This document shows, one piece after another, positions 1 to 14,001 of a stretch of DNA of 64,000 nucleotides. The stretch is from the NCBI RefSeq assembly GCF_964355755.1, contig NC_092670.1, positions 21,438,795 to 21,502,794 on the forward strand, read 5' to 3'. Position numbers and translations under genes: made by a program. The notes beneath the pieces were generated by a model that ran no database searches, had not been told where the DNA came from, and was given only the letters and a program-made list of their open reading frames with translations. This DNA comes from Antedon mediterranea. Taxonomy: Eukaryota > Animalia > Echinodermata. Position 1 is the first letter of the stretch. Every line of letters starts with the position of its first letter.

Positions 1-233
1 TTTTTAGTTTACAAAATTAATGAAATTGTGGTGAAATTGACATTTGAGATATAATAATATTCTTTGGCGAATATTATAGATTAACTTCCTATACAAATTG
101 TTAGTAGTTGCATGCCTTAACTTTGTTTCTTTTTTAGATTATAATTCTTAAAACACTAATTCGTACTTATTTTGTATTAATGCATGTTTGTCTTAACATT
201 TGTTTTTTTATCAACAAATTTGATTACATTTAG

Positions 234-3200
234 CGTGAAGTTTTGGGTGATGAGCTTGAGGCTGAGAAAGAGGTTAATTCTGTAAGTAAGCCTTAAGCTC
301 GGTCTACGTTATCAAACATTATGTGACAAAAAAATGTGATGTGCCCATATATAAAAATGATGATGTCATATCACTACCATATTTAAGCATATCACTACCA
401 TTGGGCACATCAGATTTTTTTTTTAAACTAGTGTGATAGTGTAGACAGAGCTTTTAAGATTTTTGTGACCGTACAAACTATGTCAAACTCCTTGTGGTGA
501 CCCCATACAGATTTTATTGTATCGTCCAAATAAAATTAGTATTGTATCGTCCAAATATGGGTGAATTGTGGATATTTATATTTTACAGATTCTTTAATAA
601 TACTGTACTACAGAATGTATTTTAACACTCACAAACATGATCTAGAGTAGATATTCACTTGGTTAATTTTTAGACTAGACCATATATTTTGATGTGAAAT
701 TGAAATGAGTTCTTTTCCATGTGAATGGCAGATGCCTATGTTATAGTAATAAAGTACTCCTTTACAAAGTGAGATGTACAGACAATCTCATATGATCATT
801 TCTCCACCTTTAATCCTTTAATTTAATTGTGTATATATAAATTGAATTTCATTTTTGCTAATAGGATGACTATGTTAACTGGAAAGAAGTTTGGGAGCAT
901 TTTAAATGCATCATCTCCGGGTCGTCGAGTTGTCTTCCCAGGACAAGTAACCTTTTCCATGCACTTGGAAGTATGACTGTAAGTTGTCAAGAAGTCACAT
1001 AAATTATCCCAATATCATAGTACCTTTACAACAATAATTATAGTTTGAATTTTAAATCATTTACACACATACTGCCCAAAAAATGTAATGAGAAAAGATA
1101 ATAATCCTCAAAGAAATTCATGGTTAATACATTAAATATTTAAGAACATCCAAAATACATTACACAACAGGATAAAAACTATACAATTATAATAGCTTGA
1201 AGATGTATTGTCCCCCAAAAACATGAAAAATGAAGATTAGTAAAATCGGACTTTAAATAGTCCATTTTGCAGTTTTAATAAAGTTATTTACTTCTGGAAA
1301 AAAAAAATAATGATTTCACTTATAAATAGACAAACGAAACAGAACCAAAAACCATTGTCATACATTTTAAGTATTTTTTGCTTTAAATTACATTTTTTTA
1401 AGGTAAATCATTTTTTTTTTCAATCCAGTTTTTGGTCAAAGTGAATAGCTATTACATGACATTAAAATGGCATATTCAACAAAACATTTGAAAAAAAACT
1501 ACTTTTTTTATTGGGACAATATATCTTTAAAAAACAAGTTGGTATTTACAAACTATTTTTAAAGTTTAACCAACCAATCTTAATTGTTTATGTAGGTTTT
1601 CAGTTGTGTGGATAAAAGAGGGATTCTTTCCCAGCCAGATCCATCAGTTGAACGAGTGTTTTTTCTAACTGGTTTACAACCTGATAACACATCTATTGAT
1701 TCAGTCTTTAGTCCATCTGATGAACATAGTGAACACCTGGATGGCGATGCAAATGATTCAGGAATAACTGTCGCAAAGAAACCAAGTATGTTTTAAAATT
1801 AATTTTTGTCTCAGTTATTCATTAAACATCTTTGCTGGCTGGGACGTCTTTGATTGAGTTTGCTGTTGGAGTCCCCCTGGTCTAGCATCTGTGATGTATG
1901 TATTGTTTGTATTGTTTGTATTCGAAATGAATTGAATTGAATTAAACTTTATTATTGTAAGCATTTGTTTAAATTTCATAATTGTTTATTTTCCAGTGAT
2001 TATTCAAGATGTAAATGGTGAAATTCTTGGTCTCTCTCCAAATTTTAATGTAAGTTCAAATGACTGAATTTAGAAACGGTATCCTATAGGGATTAGGCTA
2101 TTGGCACAGTCAACTGTGGCATGCAATTTAATGTTTTCTATAGAGACTGTCAACTGTGGCATGCAATTTAATGTTTTCTATAGACACTGTCAACTGTGGC
2201 ATGCAATTTAATGTTTTCTATAGACACTGTCAACTGTGGCATGCAATTTAATGTTTTCTATAGACACTGTCAACTGTGGCATGCAATTTAATGTTTTCTA
2301 TAGACACTGTCAACTGTGGCATGCAATTTAATGTTTTCTATAGACACTGTCAACTGTGGCATGCAATTTAATGTTTTCTATAGACACTGTCAACTGTGGC
2401 ATGCAATTTAATGTTTTCTATAGACACTGTCAACTGTGGCATGCAATTTAATGTTTTCTATAGACACTGTCAACTGTGGCATGCAATTTAATGTTTTCTA
2501 TAGACACTGTCAACTGTGGCATGCAATTTAATGTTTTCTATAGACACTGTCAACTGTGTGTGTAAATTAATATATTTCTATTTTTTCTGTCAACCATGCT
2601 CCTTAATTTGTCTTATCAGCAGTAGGGAACATTTTACTTCAACAGAATTTATAGAGTATAAAGCTCTGTCCACACTATCAAACTTTATGTGACAACAAAA
2701 TGTCATGTGCATATGGAGACATGATGATGGCATATCACTACTATATTTGAGCATATCACTGCCATAATTTGGCACATCACACATTTTTTGTCGAACTAAT
2801 TTGACAGTGTAGACAGAGCTTTAAACTAATATTTGTTGTGCTTTTCTAGTCTGATTCTAAGGAGATACAGTTTGATGAGCAAGATTGGGAGAAGCATATT
2901 AATTCACTAAAACCGATGGTAGGTATTTACAAGGCTAATCAATGAGTTCTATTCCATGTCTACTGTGAGATAAACATGTGTACAACATCTTACAAAGTCA
3001 AAGGGAATCCAAATATGTAATTTATGTAGATTAAAGTTGGATACGCAAATGTGAAAAGCCAAGTCCACTTCTTTGTCACCATATAATCTTTTTATCTTTT
3101 TATATTTGCAGGGTTTGAATATCCTTTTAAATACATGTAACAGTTTAACACTAGACCACCATTCACAGTTCATTGATCATGTATACTGTGCAGGCAATCT

Positions 3201-6200
3201 ACACGATAACCCCTTATATATACAGCAACAGAGGTATTTTCATTCTCTATTTTTTATTGGTAATATTTGTGTTATATTTCTCTTTTCATGATTTCGCAAG
3301 TATTTTGTGTTCAGTGTTGCAAATTAGATTCAACTTCTAGGCTAAAACACAATATCTGATATGCAGTTTTGCAATACTACTCTCTATCTACACTAATAAA
3401 CTTTATGTGACAAAAAAAATGTGATGTGCCCATATATGGACATGATGATATCATATCACTACCATATTCGGGTATATCACTACCATATTTGGGCACATCA
3501 CAGTTTTGTGTGCTTTTGCAAACCAGTATACTCTATTTAGTAATTTTATTTGTGTGACAACTAGGCTAATTTAAACACAATATCTGATTTGCAGTTTTAT
3601 AATGCTAGGTTACATTAACAGCAATCAGGGCTGATAATAGTTAAACCATGAATAGCGTAGCATAGTGGAGCTGTAGCTTGATGGTTAACATGCTTACCTT
3701 CCAATCTCTAGGGTTCAATCCTGACCTAGTGTCAGCTTTTCAACTTTCTTTCAACTCCCTAAGTATAAAATGAGACTTAGTTTATAAGCACAATAAATTA
3801 TAAAATAATTTATCCATCCTGCTGTTTGATGTATATGAAATAAAAAAATAAATGAATAAAAAACAATATACAGAAAAATAATTTTTTTTTTAGTTGTCTG
3901 TGTCAACTAGCAAGATTAATTGGATTTACAGACAGAGCAGTTGCGTCGTACAAGCTACAACATCAGTTAGCATCATACAGACCTGTAAGTACACACTCAA
4001 GATGGGTAGGACCAGTACCAGAGGATATAAAATTAAAGCTGTAATGTGTATGTAACAGATTGTTTATTTACTGATTCTTTTCTTTTTATTAGATTCAAAA
4101 ACTACCAGCAGAGAAAAGTCGTATAAAACAGGTGCAAACATTTATAAAAAGGAAAACACCAATCTCACATATGATGTCAGTGGTGGTTGAGGACTTGAGA
4201 ACAGGTATAACCTTGTTTGTTTTGTTTTATATATTTACGCAAACTGTTGGTAAAGCTACAGTAACTCAAATTCTGACTCAAAACTGGAATCCTACCTTTG
4301 TAGGCACAAGAATGGGAAAGAATACAATAACTGATTCACTTATTTACATTGACTTCAGATATGCAACAGTTACTGACGCAAGGAACTGCTGATTTTGTCA
4401 TGGAGGCATGCACTGACTTCTGGGATGGATCCGATATCTGTCCAATCTTTGAAAATCACAGGTAACTGTCCCACACACTTTTTTTTCACCCAAAATGTCG
4501 AGTTATTTTGGAGGCGAGAGATTTGAGACCTCCATTGAATGCGTTCTTTCTACAGTACCTTACCACACATTTACAATGCTAATAGACTTACTTTACACTA
4601 CTATACTAAAACAAACATTTGAACAAAAGCTAAATGTAGAGTAATATTATAAACTTATTCTAATTTGTTTTTAACAGAAAGAAGATAATGGACTTTTACC
4701 AGCGTCAATGTTTAGCATCATACTGCTGGGCATTTTCATACCGTCCCATGATGCACTCCCTCGCAAATTACCTTGAGAATTGTTTTATTGAAGTTCCGAA
4801 CCAAAATAAGCAATGTTTGTCAGCCAATCAGTATGAATCTCCTCATATATCTAGGTAAGTGTTCAAGCAGAAGGGATAAATTTACTTTTCGAGTGTTGAC
4901 TTGCAGACTAATGAACTAGTGGGCTAGGTTTACTTTCAATTTTGTAATGATCTACGACTTATAATGTCATATGAAGGTACAAGGGATTCGTTTTGGAATG
5001 TTAGAAGTGGGAGGGACAGTGGGCATTCAAGAATTAAAAACAATCTGAAACTCTATATTATCAAATGTAGGATGATGTACAGTAGAGTATGTATCACCAA
5101 AGTTTGGGAGTACTGTGTACTAATTACAGCAGGATGTATGGTTTGTATAAAGATATATAGATTTTAAAATGTAATGTAATTGTTTGCAGGGCATCCTGGA
5201 ATGGTAGCAGAAATAGCATGGATTTGATTGATGGACCTGAGCGTCCATATCATAGCTTAGACTCCGCAATGGATACAGTTGGGGATATAAGGGATGCAGA
5301 AGGTTGCTATAGGTAAACAGATGTTACATTTTCATCAAGTACCTGCAGTTTGTACTAGGATATCCTGGATAAAACATGTATCGAAACAGGCTCCAATTAA
5401 TTGACCTTACCAGGTACCCATTTATACAACTGGGAGAAGAGAGGCGAAGTAAAGTGTCGTGTCTAAAGGATACAAGCAATGCGCCATGATTCGAACCTAC
5501 GGTCGCACGATGAGTACTCCCGATACACTGCTCCACACTCCCTTACCTAAAAGGATATGTCTTGTGTCCAAAACAGACTTTAAAAACAATCGATCCTGTT
5601 ATATCATATTGTGGAATGTGACCAAAAATAAAAGCTTATTACTGTTTTATGTATCTGTTTTCCTAGAGCTCAATGTGGTCAGATCTTCATAGGAATGGTT
5701 TCTTGTAACTTCCAAGCCAAATCTGACATCGTCAACCTTCTTGACAATTTGGATGAGGCTTGCATTCGATTTGTACACTTTTCACGGGATCAAGAACTAA
5801 GAAGCAAGGTACATCTACATATTCAAATTATGTTTAATTTTGTAGCAGCAATCTATATACATAATGTATAATAGAAACAATTTGCTTTCATTTGTTTTAT
5901 TTCTTGTTTATTTAACTTAATTTCAGGTTTTTTCAGAAAAGATTGGTTTAGAAACTGGTTGGAACTGCCACATTTCTCTTCTGAGTGATGAAGAGACATC
6001 GATTCAAACATCACGACAGGCTTCTGAGTCTTCATCAAAAACTGAGAATGTCCAGTTAGACATGGATACCGGTGAAGCGACGTATCATGCACAAGAAGAT
6101 GAACCGAAAGAAGATGTTGTAGATAATGTCATAAATGATGCTACTGAAAGAGATCATCCAGTTGTGGATGATGCTACTGAAAGAAATCATCTAGTTGTGG

Positions 6201-9200
6201 ATGATGCTATTAAAAGAGATCATCCAGTTGAAGATGCCAGTGTTCTTCCAGTTGTGACTATTATTCAACCTTCTTGTAAGAACTCACCAGATAATGACCA
6301 CAAAGACTTTGAAGTTGTGGATGGCATCTCTGAACGGAGTGTTCTGCTTCCTCAACCACTAACTATTCAAGACATAGAGTGTCATAATGATAGAAATACA
6401 TCTGGAGAATCGGAATCCACAGGACTTCTATTAAACAGATCTCCTGTAAGACATGGCGAACAGAAGCATGTCCGATTGCCCAGCCCTAGTCTCTCAGATA
6501 GCGTTTCACTTGATCGTTTTAACAATACTAGGCATATGTCCGAGACTTTTAGTGAAACAGACTATGAGACAGAAAGTGTAACAGACCCTGGTAGTACTGG
6601 ATTCGATATATTCAATCGAGTAGGTACAACAGTCAAATGTGTTTTTGCCGTGTACATTACTTTGAGTTACATTAAGTTAGTTAGTCAGAGTTTAAAGGTT
6701 ATAATAAGTCGTAGACCAATATCAATTTGACTGCATTTAATTTTGGTTTGAAAACAATATCTGGAGTATCATTGTATTTGTAAGTGTATGTTATTTTCTT
6801 GTGCTTACTTACAGGCAAAACTACCCCGTGGTATTCGTAACATACGCCCTCACTTGGAGAACGTAGATAATGTTCCTCTGTTGGTTCCACTTTTTACAGA
6901 TGTCACTCCAGAAAGTAAGACTCTTTTTGATTGAGCTTATATTCTGCCATATTGTAGCTCTTATATTGAGCATATAGGCAGCCATATTGTAGCTCTTATA
7001 TTGAGTGTAGATGCAGCCATATTGTAGCTCTTATATTGAGCATATAGGCAACCATATTGTAGCTCTTATATTGAGCATATAGGCAGCCATATTGTAGCTC
7101 TTATATTGAGCATAGAGGCAGCCATATTTTAGCTCTCATATTGAGCATAGAGGCAGCCATATTGTAGCTCTTTTATTGTGCATAGATGCAGCCATATTGT
7201 AGATCATATATTGAGCATAGATGCAGCCATATTGTAGCTCTTATATTGAGCATAGAGGCAGCCATATTGTAGCTCTTATATTGAGCATAGCTGCAGCCAT
7301 ATTGTAGTACTTTTAAGTACTATTAAAATAGTTATTGTACTTAAGAACTTGTTATCCTTTTAGACATGTGAAAGTACTGTACTATATGTTATCTTGACCT
7401 AAGGTAATTGTGTCGTCTTTGTATATTTATCTGTGAATTTGTTTCTAAAATAAAAGAGTAAAATGATTAACCTTCTATTTTAATTGCTTATCTACAGCAA
7501 CAAGGGAGATGTTACAGATAATGCAAGAGTATGGGGAGGTTGTTTGCTGCATAGGAAGCAGCCTGAATGTAAGCAATGCAGAGATATTCATGCAAGCAAA
7601 TGCAAGGTATGGCCACTAGTCTATTTTATTTGTCATTTTCTTTGTATGTGAACTATAACTGTACTTCTTATTTAATACATTTTCCACCATAGATATTTTT
7701 GTATTCAATGCAATTCAAACAATAAAATACAATTAACTTTTGTGGCTCATGCACTAAAGCTCACTATCTAGTTTGATGTGTGATGTGCCCAAATATGGTA
7801 GCGATATGTTCAAATATGGTAGTGATATGACATCATCACATTTTGTTTTCACATGAAGTTTGATAGTGTAGACGGGGCTTAATACTAATAGCAATATATA
7901 TACATATATACAAATGTACTAATATCTTATTATTATCTTATTATTCAGTCTTGCATTAGATCCCCTGCTTCCTAGTACGTGCTGTAGCCAGCCTGCTCAC
8001 CAGTCTCTCATACATATGAAATACTCACCATTGGATATTACCAGACAGTTGGCTAGCTTGCCTTGTTGTTTGAACTTTCACACTGATGATAACGTACGAC
8101 TAACCAAGCTTATCAAAGAGGTAAGCTCCAAAATATGATATTGTATGACATCATCGTTTCCATATATGGACACATCACATTTTTTTGTCACAGACAGTTT
8201 TATAGTGTAGACAGAGCATTAGAGTTAATATCTAGAAGTCAATGTTTTTCCCCAATGTCAGTATTACAGTAACATATTTTCTTTCTCTTTAGGCAAGAGG
8301 ATTTTGTTCGGCAATCTTCACCACTGTTATTTTCCTCATGTTCTGTTTAGTATCTCTCAGTATGCTGTTTTTACTGTCCTCCCTTCTGATGCTTCCTCCA
8401 CCTTTAAGTGGGGGTCAGCTTCTGTGGTTAGTTATTGTAATTGTTCCAATTTTAAGTCATTCCTTACTGGCGTGTCCTGTCGACAAGCAGATAATGACAG
8501 AAGCAGTCGGCAAGAATAATAGACACAAAGATTGTGAGGTAAGATTTACCAACAATATGCCATCAAATACTTGAAGAGTCAGAGTAGTTTGCAGAATCAA
8601 ACTTTATGTGAAAAAAAAATGTCATACACTACTAGCGTATTTGGGCACATCACTACCATATTTGGGTATATCACTATCATATTTGGGCATATCACTACCA
8701 TATTTAGGCATACACTTTTTTTGTCAAACTAGTTTGATAGTGTAGACGGAGCTTCACATGGTCTATACTAGTGATGTGCAGGAAGGATGTTGGAAGGGCA
8801 AACTATTGGGTTAGGAGTATGTTTTTTTTAAATGTTTTTAGGGATTTTAGGACATAAACTCCTGGCTAGGTGTGATACTTGTAGTTGGATAGTGACCCTT
8901 TTGATTTTCTTAATTGTAAAGCTCTGTCTACACTATCAAACTAGTTTAACAAAAAAGTGTGATGTGCTCAAATATGGTAGCGAATAGTGATATGACATCA
9001 ACAAATTTTTTTGTCAGTATAAAGTTTAGACAGAGCTTAAATATTCTTTATTATTTTTTAGGCCATTTTAATCTACACTGTCTTTTTCATCGTCAAGTTT
9101 CTTTCATCTGTTTGTATCTGCTTGCTTTGTGAGGCGCTAACGCTTCATGAATTCTGTATCAAAGAAGCTGAAGAGGGCGATATTTGTCATGTTTTGTTGG

Positions 9201-10320
9201 GTAATAGGTAAGTTGTGATGAAAAGCGTGAATAAGTGTGTAAAATATATTTTGAATCCGTAGGAATTGCATTCTCAATTTTAGCTTAATTTGATTTGTTC
9301 CAATGACATCATAGTAAGTAATCCACATAGTATCTTAATGCTGGTTTCACAGTCTGTTTATCCTGTTTCTGGGGTTAAGGTATGTCCCCCTCTATGACAT
9401 AATGTTTACCTCTATGTTCACATGACTACTTCAATATTTTCATTGAATAACCATTTTTGAAATATGCCTATTTATATCATTTCTTTTAGAAATAATAGTG
9501 AGCCATTCAATGGCTTAATCAATGAATATTCCAATGGATACCTGTTGACACAGAACCTAGTGGCTTTTTTTCTGGTGCTATATTTTGGTAAGAGTATTAA
9601 ATTATTCAACTATAATGTACAGTTTTCCACGACCTGTTATATCATAAGATTTCTTGTGTAAATTTTAACCTTTTTCATAATCTTTTAGTGGTTGTATCGA
9701 CAAGTTATGTTCATCGTTTTAAGAGTTTAGTCAAGAAGCGGCCATTTGGAAATAAAATTTGGTGTGTTGCGACAATACTAGTGTAAGTATTACCATTCTC
9801 TACTAACCTTCTTTCCCTTATCACTCCAACTCAGCACTACTATTATTCATCATTTACTTTTCACTATATCCAAATTGTGTTTTTTCTTTTTTTTTTTTCT
9901 TTTCCAGCCTTGTGTTACAAGCCATCTATTTTGCCTTGGATGTACTTGTCTGGTGGAATACAGATGACGTTGATTTTAGCTTGTATGACATACCGTTCTC
10001 AACATGGTTGATAGCTCTATTGTGGCCTCTCATTCTTCTACCGCTGTGTGAGGCTGCCAAGTACCATGATATCCAGTAAGTGCCTTTGTCATGATACTGG
10101 TTTCTGTACAAACACTGCCACCTCTTTCATTTGTAGTTTTTACTACTCTGTTAGAATTGTATATTTGGTATCTGTGATACAAGAGAAATTTCCATCCGTT
10201 CTTTTAAAAAAATAACAGATTTAACCAGATATGTTTGTTTTATTTAGGGTATTTGAAAAATGGCAGAAGCGAACAAAACTGCAGTTTGGAACTAAGCTTG
10301 GAATGAATTCACCTTTTTGA
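234..10320 (+). CDS. TMEM94: Transmembrane protein 94 (KIAA0195/ERMA, P-type ATPase-like), 5'-partial, multi-exon
   Basis: GT-AG exons read by hand, approximately 234-281, 865-978, 1596-1785, 1997-2049, 2850-2918, 3112-3233, 3894-3984, 4093-4204, 4359-4461, 4678-4854, 5190-5311, 5668-5808, 5927-6619, 6815-6914, 7497-7607, 7949-8120, 8293-8538, 9063-9207, 9490-9586, 9689-9782, 9908-10075, 10248-10320. Peptides match TMEM94 hallmarks: HALGSMTVFSCVDKRGILS, SLKPMGLNILLN, VFSEKIGLETGWNCHISL, AKLPRGIRNIRPHLENVDNVPLLV and C-terminal TKLGMNSPF*. The 5' exons lie outside the window. Confidence 0.93.
296..452. mobile_element. Short MITE, family A (TIR AGCTCTGTCTACACTATCAAA; PIF/Harbinger-like)
   Basis: Inverted ends agctcggtctacgttatcaaa...gtgatagtgtagacagagct with TTA-like flanks and internal 'atatcactaccatatt' subrepeats. 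About 10 copies in the window. Confidence 0.8.
1201..1526. mobile_element. Kolobok-like MITE
   Basis: TTGA|agatgtattgtccc ... gggacaatatatct|TTAA: inverted termini beginning AG, with TTAA-like flanks. Confidence 0.6.
2103..2558. repeat. 40-bp intronic minisatellite, about 11 near-identical copies
   Basis: Unit gtcaactgtggcatgcaatttaatgttttctatagacact; period 40 (2161, 2201, 2241...). Confidence 0.95.
2662..2820. mobile_element. MITE family A copy
   Basis: agctctgtccacactatcaaa ... tttgacagtgtagacagagct. Confidence 0.85.
3381..3510. mobile_element. MITE family A, partial copy
   Basis: ctctatctacactaataaactttatgtgacaaa... with the same internal sequence; right TIR missing. Confidence 0.7.
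3666..3862 (+). mobile_element. tRNA-derived SINE-like relic
   Basis: A-box-like tagcttgatgg, B-box-like gggttcaatcc and A-rich (aaat) tail near 3840-3862. No complete cloverleaf. Confidence 0.45.
5340..5545 (-). mobile_element. tRNA-derived SINE with conserved central domain
   Basis: Minus strand reads B-box ggttcgaatc, then tccttagacacgacactttac and cccagttgtataaatgggtacc, motifs typical of metazoan SINE central domains. A related relic is on the + strand near 10530-10585. Confidence 0.6.
6945..7308. repeat. 35-bp intronic minisatellite, about 10 copies
   Basis: Unit gccatattgtagctcttatattgagcatataggca with minor variants. Confidence 0.95.
7757..9038. mobile_element. Cluster of four MITE family A copies in TMEM94 introns (about 7757-7880, 8123-8220, 8597-8754, 8919-9038)
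   Basis: Each ends in tgatagtgtagac(a/g)gagctt-type TIR sequence and carries the aaatatggtagtgatat / atatcactaccatatt core. Confidence 0.75.
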
Positions 10321-11361
10321 AGAGTTTTTTTCAATGAAGATAAAATATAAATATTGGTGCTAAAATGTTAGTATGTATGTATATGTTCATTGCCCAGTTA
10401 GTTGGACATTTGAAAGTTTTCCCCTCTAAAGTCTTTTAGACAAAAGGTGAAAATTCAAGAGGTACTTATTTATTTCAGTAATTTGATATTTTTCTGGTAA
10501 TGTACTAGTATCTGTGAGGTGAAGACCTCCCAAGATACTTAGCATATGCTCTATGTCTTCACCCAGGTGTGTAAATATGTACTAGTACATAAAGGAATAT
10601 ATACAGTACTAGCAACACATCTAGTGAAGAACATTCAGTCTTATGAACCTAATGTCGATTCAGGAAAATCTGTGCAATAGTTTTGCTTCTATGTAAATTC
10701 ATTCCATGTGTGAAGCAATACACAAGATTAATTTTTTACCAAACATTTATTTCAAATTATTTTTGTTTGTATTTTTTAAATAGCAAATATTCATTATGAA
10801 TAAATGATGAAAAAATGTTTTGTCCCTAAAGTCAATTTTTCATGAGGTGTATGAAAAGCATGGTTTATGTGAATACATATACTATTCTACTTTTTGTAAT
10901 GTGTAACCAATCAAAGTACAGAAACTGTTGATTTGTACAATGTGTCTAGTGGAAAACATGCTTTATCAAATACAATGGTTATACTATGTTTATGTTTGTC
11001 CAGTGAGTTTATACAGTAGAACACAAGGCCTTGTCTATTTTATTAACGCTGTTAACAGGGAGTAAGCAATAATGAAGAAAGAAATTTAAATTCATGTAGA
11101 TGTTTATTTTGTAGTAAAAATGATGTACAAATAATAATGTATGTAGAAAAGTTTCTAAATAAATTCCACATGTAACAGTACACATTTTTTTAGATATCTT
11201 GTCACCATATTTAGTGTTTTTTACATTACTGGTAAAAATGTTCACATATTTGTTTTATGTACTCCACATCTTATGTTCATGTACTTGGAGGGAAGCAAAC
11301 GTACAATCCTCTTGTAAGTATTATGCATGGAAAATATAAAGGCAATAGATTGCAACATTTA

Positions 11362-14001
11362 TTACCACCACCTAAAGTGGGCATATGCTCTGTTTGATTC
11401 CGCCATCTTATGAAGATCCTGTTTTCTTTTTACAACATTTCCCTAAAAAAAAAAAGAAGTTACAAATATAAGTTTACTGAACATTAATATACTATGTACA
11501 AAAGCAGCAACAATACATGGGTATTGGCATATCATGGCCGGGGCACAGTAGTACTTATTTTGGTTCTCTTGGTTAACAATGATAGGATAGACAGATGCCT
11601 TTTTCACTAGAGATCCTGTGAATTCTGTTCTGGTGAGCTCTTGTATAGGAGCTTCAAAAAGTGCTGGAGAACGGAGCGGTGAAAATGGTTCCTCTGCTTC
11701 ATCTTCATTTTTGTTATCTTAGGATATTTCATTTGTATGTAAAGTGCTTTGAAGCATTGTATTAGGCACAATATTATTATTTACTGTAGTGTGGTTATCA
11801 ATTCTTTTTTTATCCTGAGACAGTGCCACTACCTAAATGTTAGATATATTCATTTAAACCCCAGTATTTACTGTGTTCTCATATGCTTTCAATAATTCCT
11901 CTGCTAACTTTATTGGCATATGTGTTTCTAATTCCTTTGTGTGGCATTCTGTCACCATCCATTTCATGGCCAGGAAACGTTGCCTTGATTCCTTAAAAGG
12001 CGTTGGAACCTAAAAAGTACAGAAACTTTCATATTATCTTTTATGATATTTGATGTCATCACATATCATAAAAGATAACTGCTGGAAATCAGTGACTTAT
12101 TTGACTGTGGTAATTGTAATGCATTAGTATTTAAGATGCTTGACTACAGATTCCAGGGTCCTAGCTGTTATCTTCAATACTACATATAGAGAATAAACAC
12201 AATTATAAACTAGAAACTTTATTCAACGTCATGCAAAAACTAGGCTAGTCTGACTAACCACGCATGCGCTATAACTTATACACGTTGCTGAATAGTACGC
12301 GATTGAGCATAAACAATAATGCCACACTGGCTTCAAATTCCGTCATGTAAAGCTCTATCTACATTATCAAACTTTATGTGACAAAAAAATGTGATGTGCC
12401 CATATATGGACATGATGATGTCAAATCACTACCATATTAGGGCACATCAAACTTTTTTTGTCAAACTAGTTTGATAGTGTAGACAGAGCTTAAGAATTTC
12501 CAATGACAACTTATAAGACTTTGATTGTGTAGAGCATCTTGTGTATATGTTTGTCATGTGATCTAAATAGGTTGGGACAGTGAATGAACTTGCACTCATA
12601 GTTTTTTAACCATGACAAGTTCATTCCAAAATATCTTTGATTTTAAAGAGAGCAGTAAAGAAGCCTACTCACTTGATAGCTTTTACCCCCTCTTTTAATT
12701 GATGTTAAACCAATCAGTGGTTTACAATTCTCAATGGCTTTATTAAATATTTTGGATGGGTTTAGTTCGATTGAGGACTTGCTCTCTTCATCTGCTTTCA
12801 AATATTTACTATACTGAATTTTCTTAATTTCAAAATAGGTCTGCAAAAAGGAGAAAAAATGGTTTAACAAAAGAATAATCATTTTAATCCTAAAAGAAAA
12901 CCAGCATCTTACAGCAGGCTCTCCCATACATTAACCTAATGAGCACTATATATAGAAAAGTCTATTTATTATTTATTTATTTATTCTTTCTTTAAACTGA
13001 AATACACTTTCAATACAAATGCACTGATTTCCAAAGTGGTTCAGTAAACATATTTATAAAGAAAATAAAATATAAAAGAAAAACAAAAAGAAAGAAAACA
13101 GATATAAAACTATTTACAAATTGTGAAGGAAAAAAGGTTAATAAATACATATATGTTTTCTATAGTGAAGATTTAAAAGTTGCCAAAGACATATTATGGA
13201 GTTCTGATTTTATGTTATTTGGTAGACAATTCCTTAAGTAATGATACCTTATTCATAATTCGTATACAAACTTCTTTCTTTCCATCTTCCATCATTACAT
13301 TTATAAATTTGCTGAAAATACAATAAAAACAATTAATTGACATACAATACAGTAACAAAAGTAGTACTAGTACTTCTGGCAGTGAAGATTTAGTTTTTTT
13401 TCTCAATAAACCCAAACAGTGTACCTACATTGCTAATGGATCTGAAGTTAAAGATGACGTGAGGTTGTGTGGCGCAGCTTTGACAGGTGTGCTGATGTCA
13501 GTGGGAAGTTCTCCAGATTTGTAAACCTCTGGGTCTGCAATTGGTTCTACATACGTTTTTGGGTAACGACTATATCGAACTTGAAAAAAGCTGAGAATGA
13601 AATTAAAATAAACAATATAATAAGTATCGACTATTTTAAACACAAAAACATAAAACTAAATAGTATAGATGTCGATAAAACGAAATCTCTGACAATCTTC
13701 AAACCTAGGCCTGTGCCAAAAAACCCTCGTATTTCACATATGGCATAACCACCGGCTGAACCCCATTTTACCTGCAGCTGACCATAATGAAAGAAGACTG
13801 AACACGGGCTTAAGTTTCGCTAACCACTTTATTACTGTTGTTATAAGTTTTAAAAGATACGAAAGTCTCTAAAATTTGTATAACAATTCAAATTCTAAAT
13901 TGTGCTAATGAAATTTACCAAAAGCTAGATTTGCAGCATAAGCTAGCAGCAAAATATTTCGTAGAAAATGTCTGGGCAGCAACTATCGTGGGAAGCGCCA
14001 T
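11362..14001 (-). CDS. MRPS7: Mitochondrial ribosomal protein S7 (uS7m), 6 coding exons, 231 aa
   Basis: Exons 14001-13919, 13590-13429, 13311-13248, 12840-12673, 12009-11872, 11442-11362 join in frame (696 nt). Motifs QVRYSRY, KFINVMMEDGKKE, KAIENCKPLIGL..KRGGKSYQVPTP, RFLAMKWM, HKMAESNRAYAHFRWW*. The N-terminus resembles a mitochondrial presequence. Confidence 0.95.
12350..12491. mobile_element. MITE family A copy
   Basis: agctctatctacattatcaaa ... tttgatagtgtagacagagct. Confidence 0.85.
12963..13200 (-). mobile_element. 3' end fragment of a LINE/SINE-type retroelement
   Basis: (ttta)n tail followed by ctgatttccaaagtggttcagta. The same sequence recurs at 24478-24560. Confidence 0.55.

Noticed and set aside
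3666-3735. Possible tRNA gene
   Set aside because: A/B boxes are present but there is no consistent cloverleaf. It continues into a SINE-like body and tail.
13772-13834. 63-nt exon-like segment in MRPS7 intron 1 (minus strand, AG...GT)
   Set aside because: In the phase set by exon 1 it hits a TAA. Exon 1 joins 13590 directly and gives a normal MRPS7.
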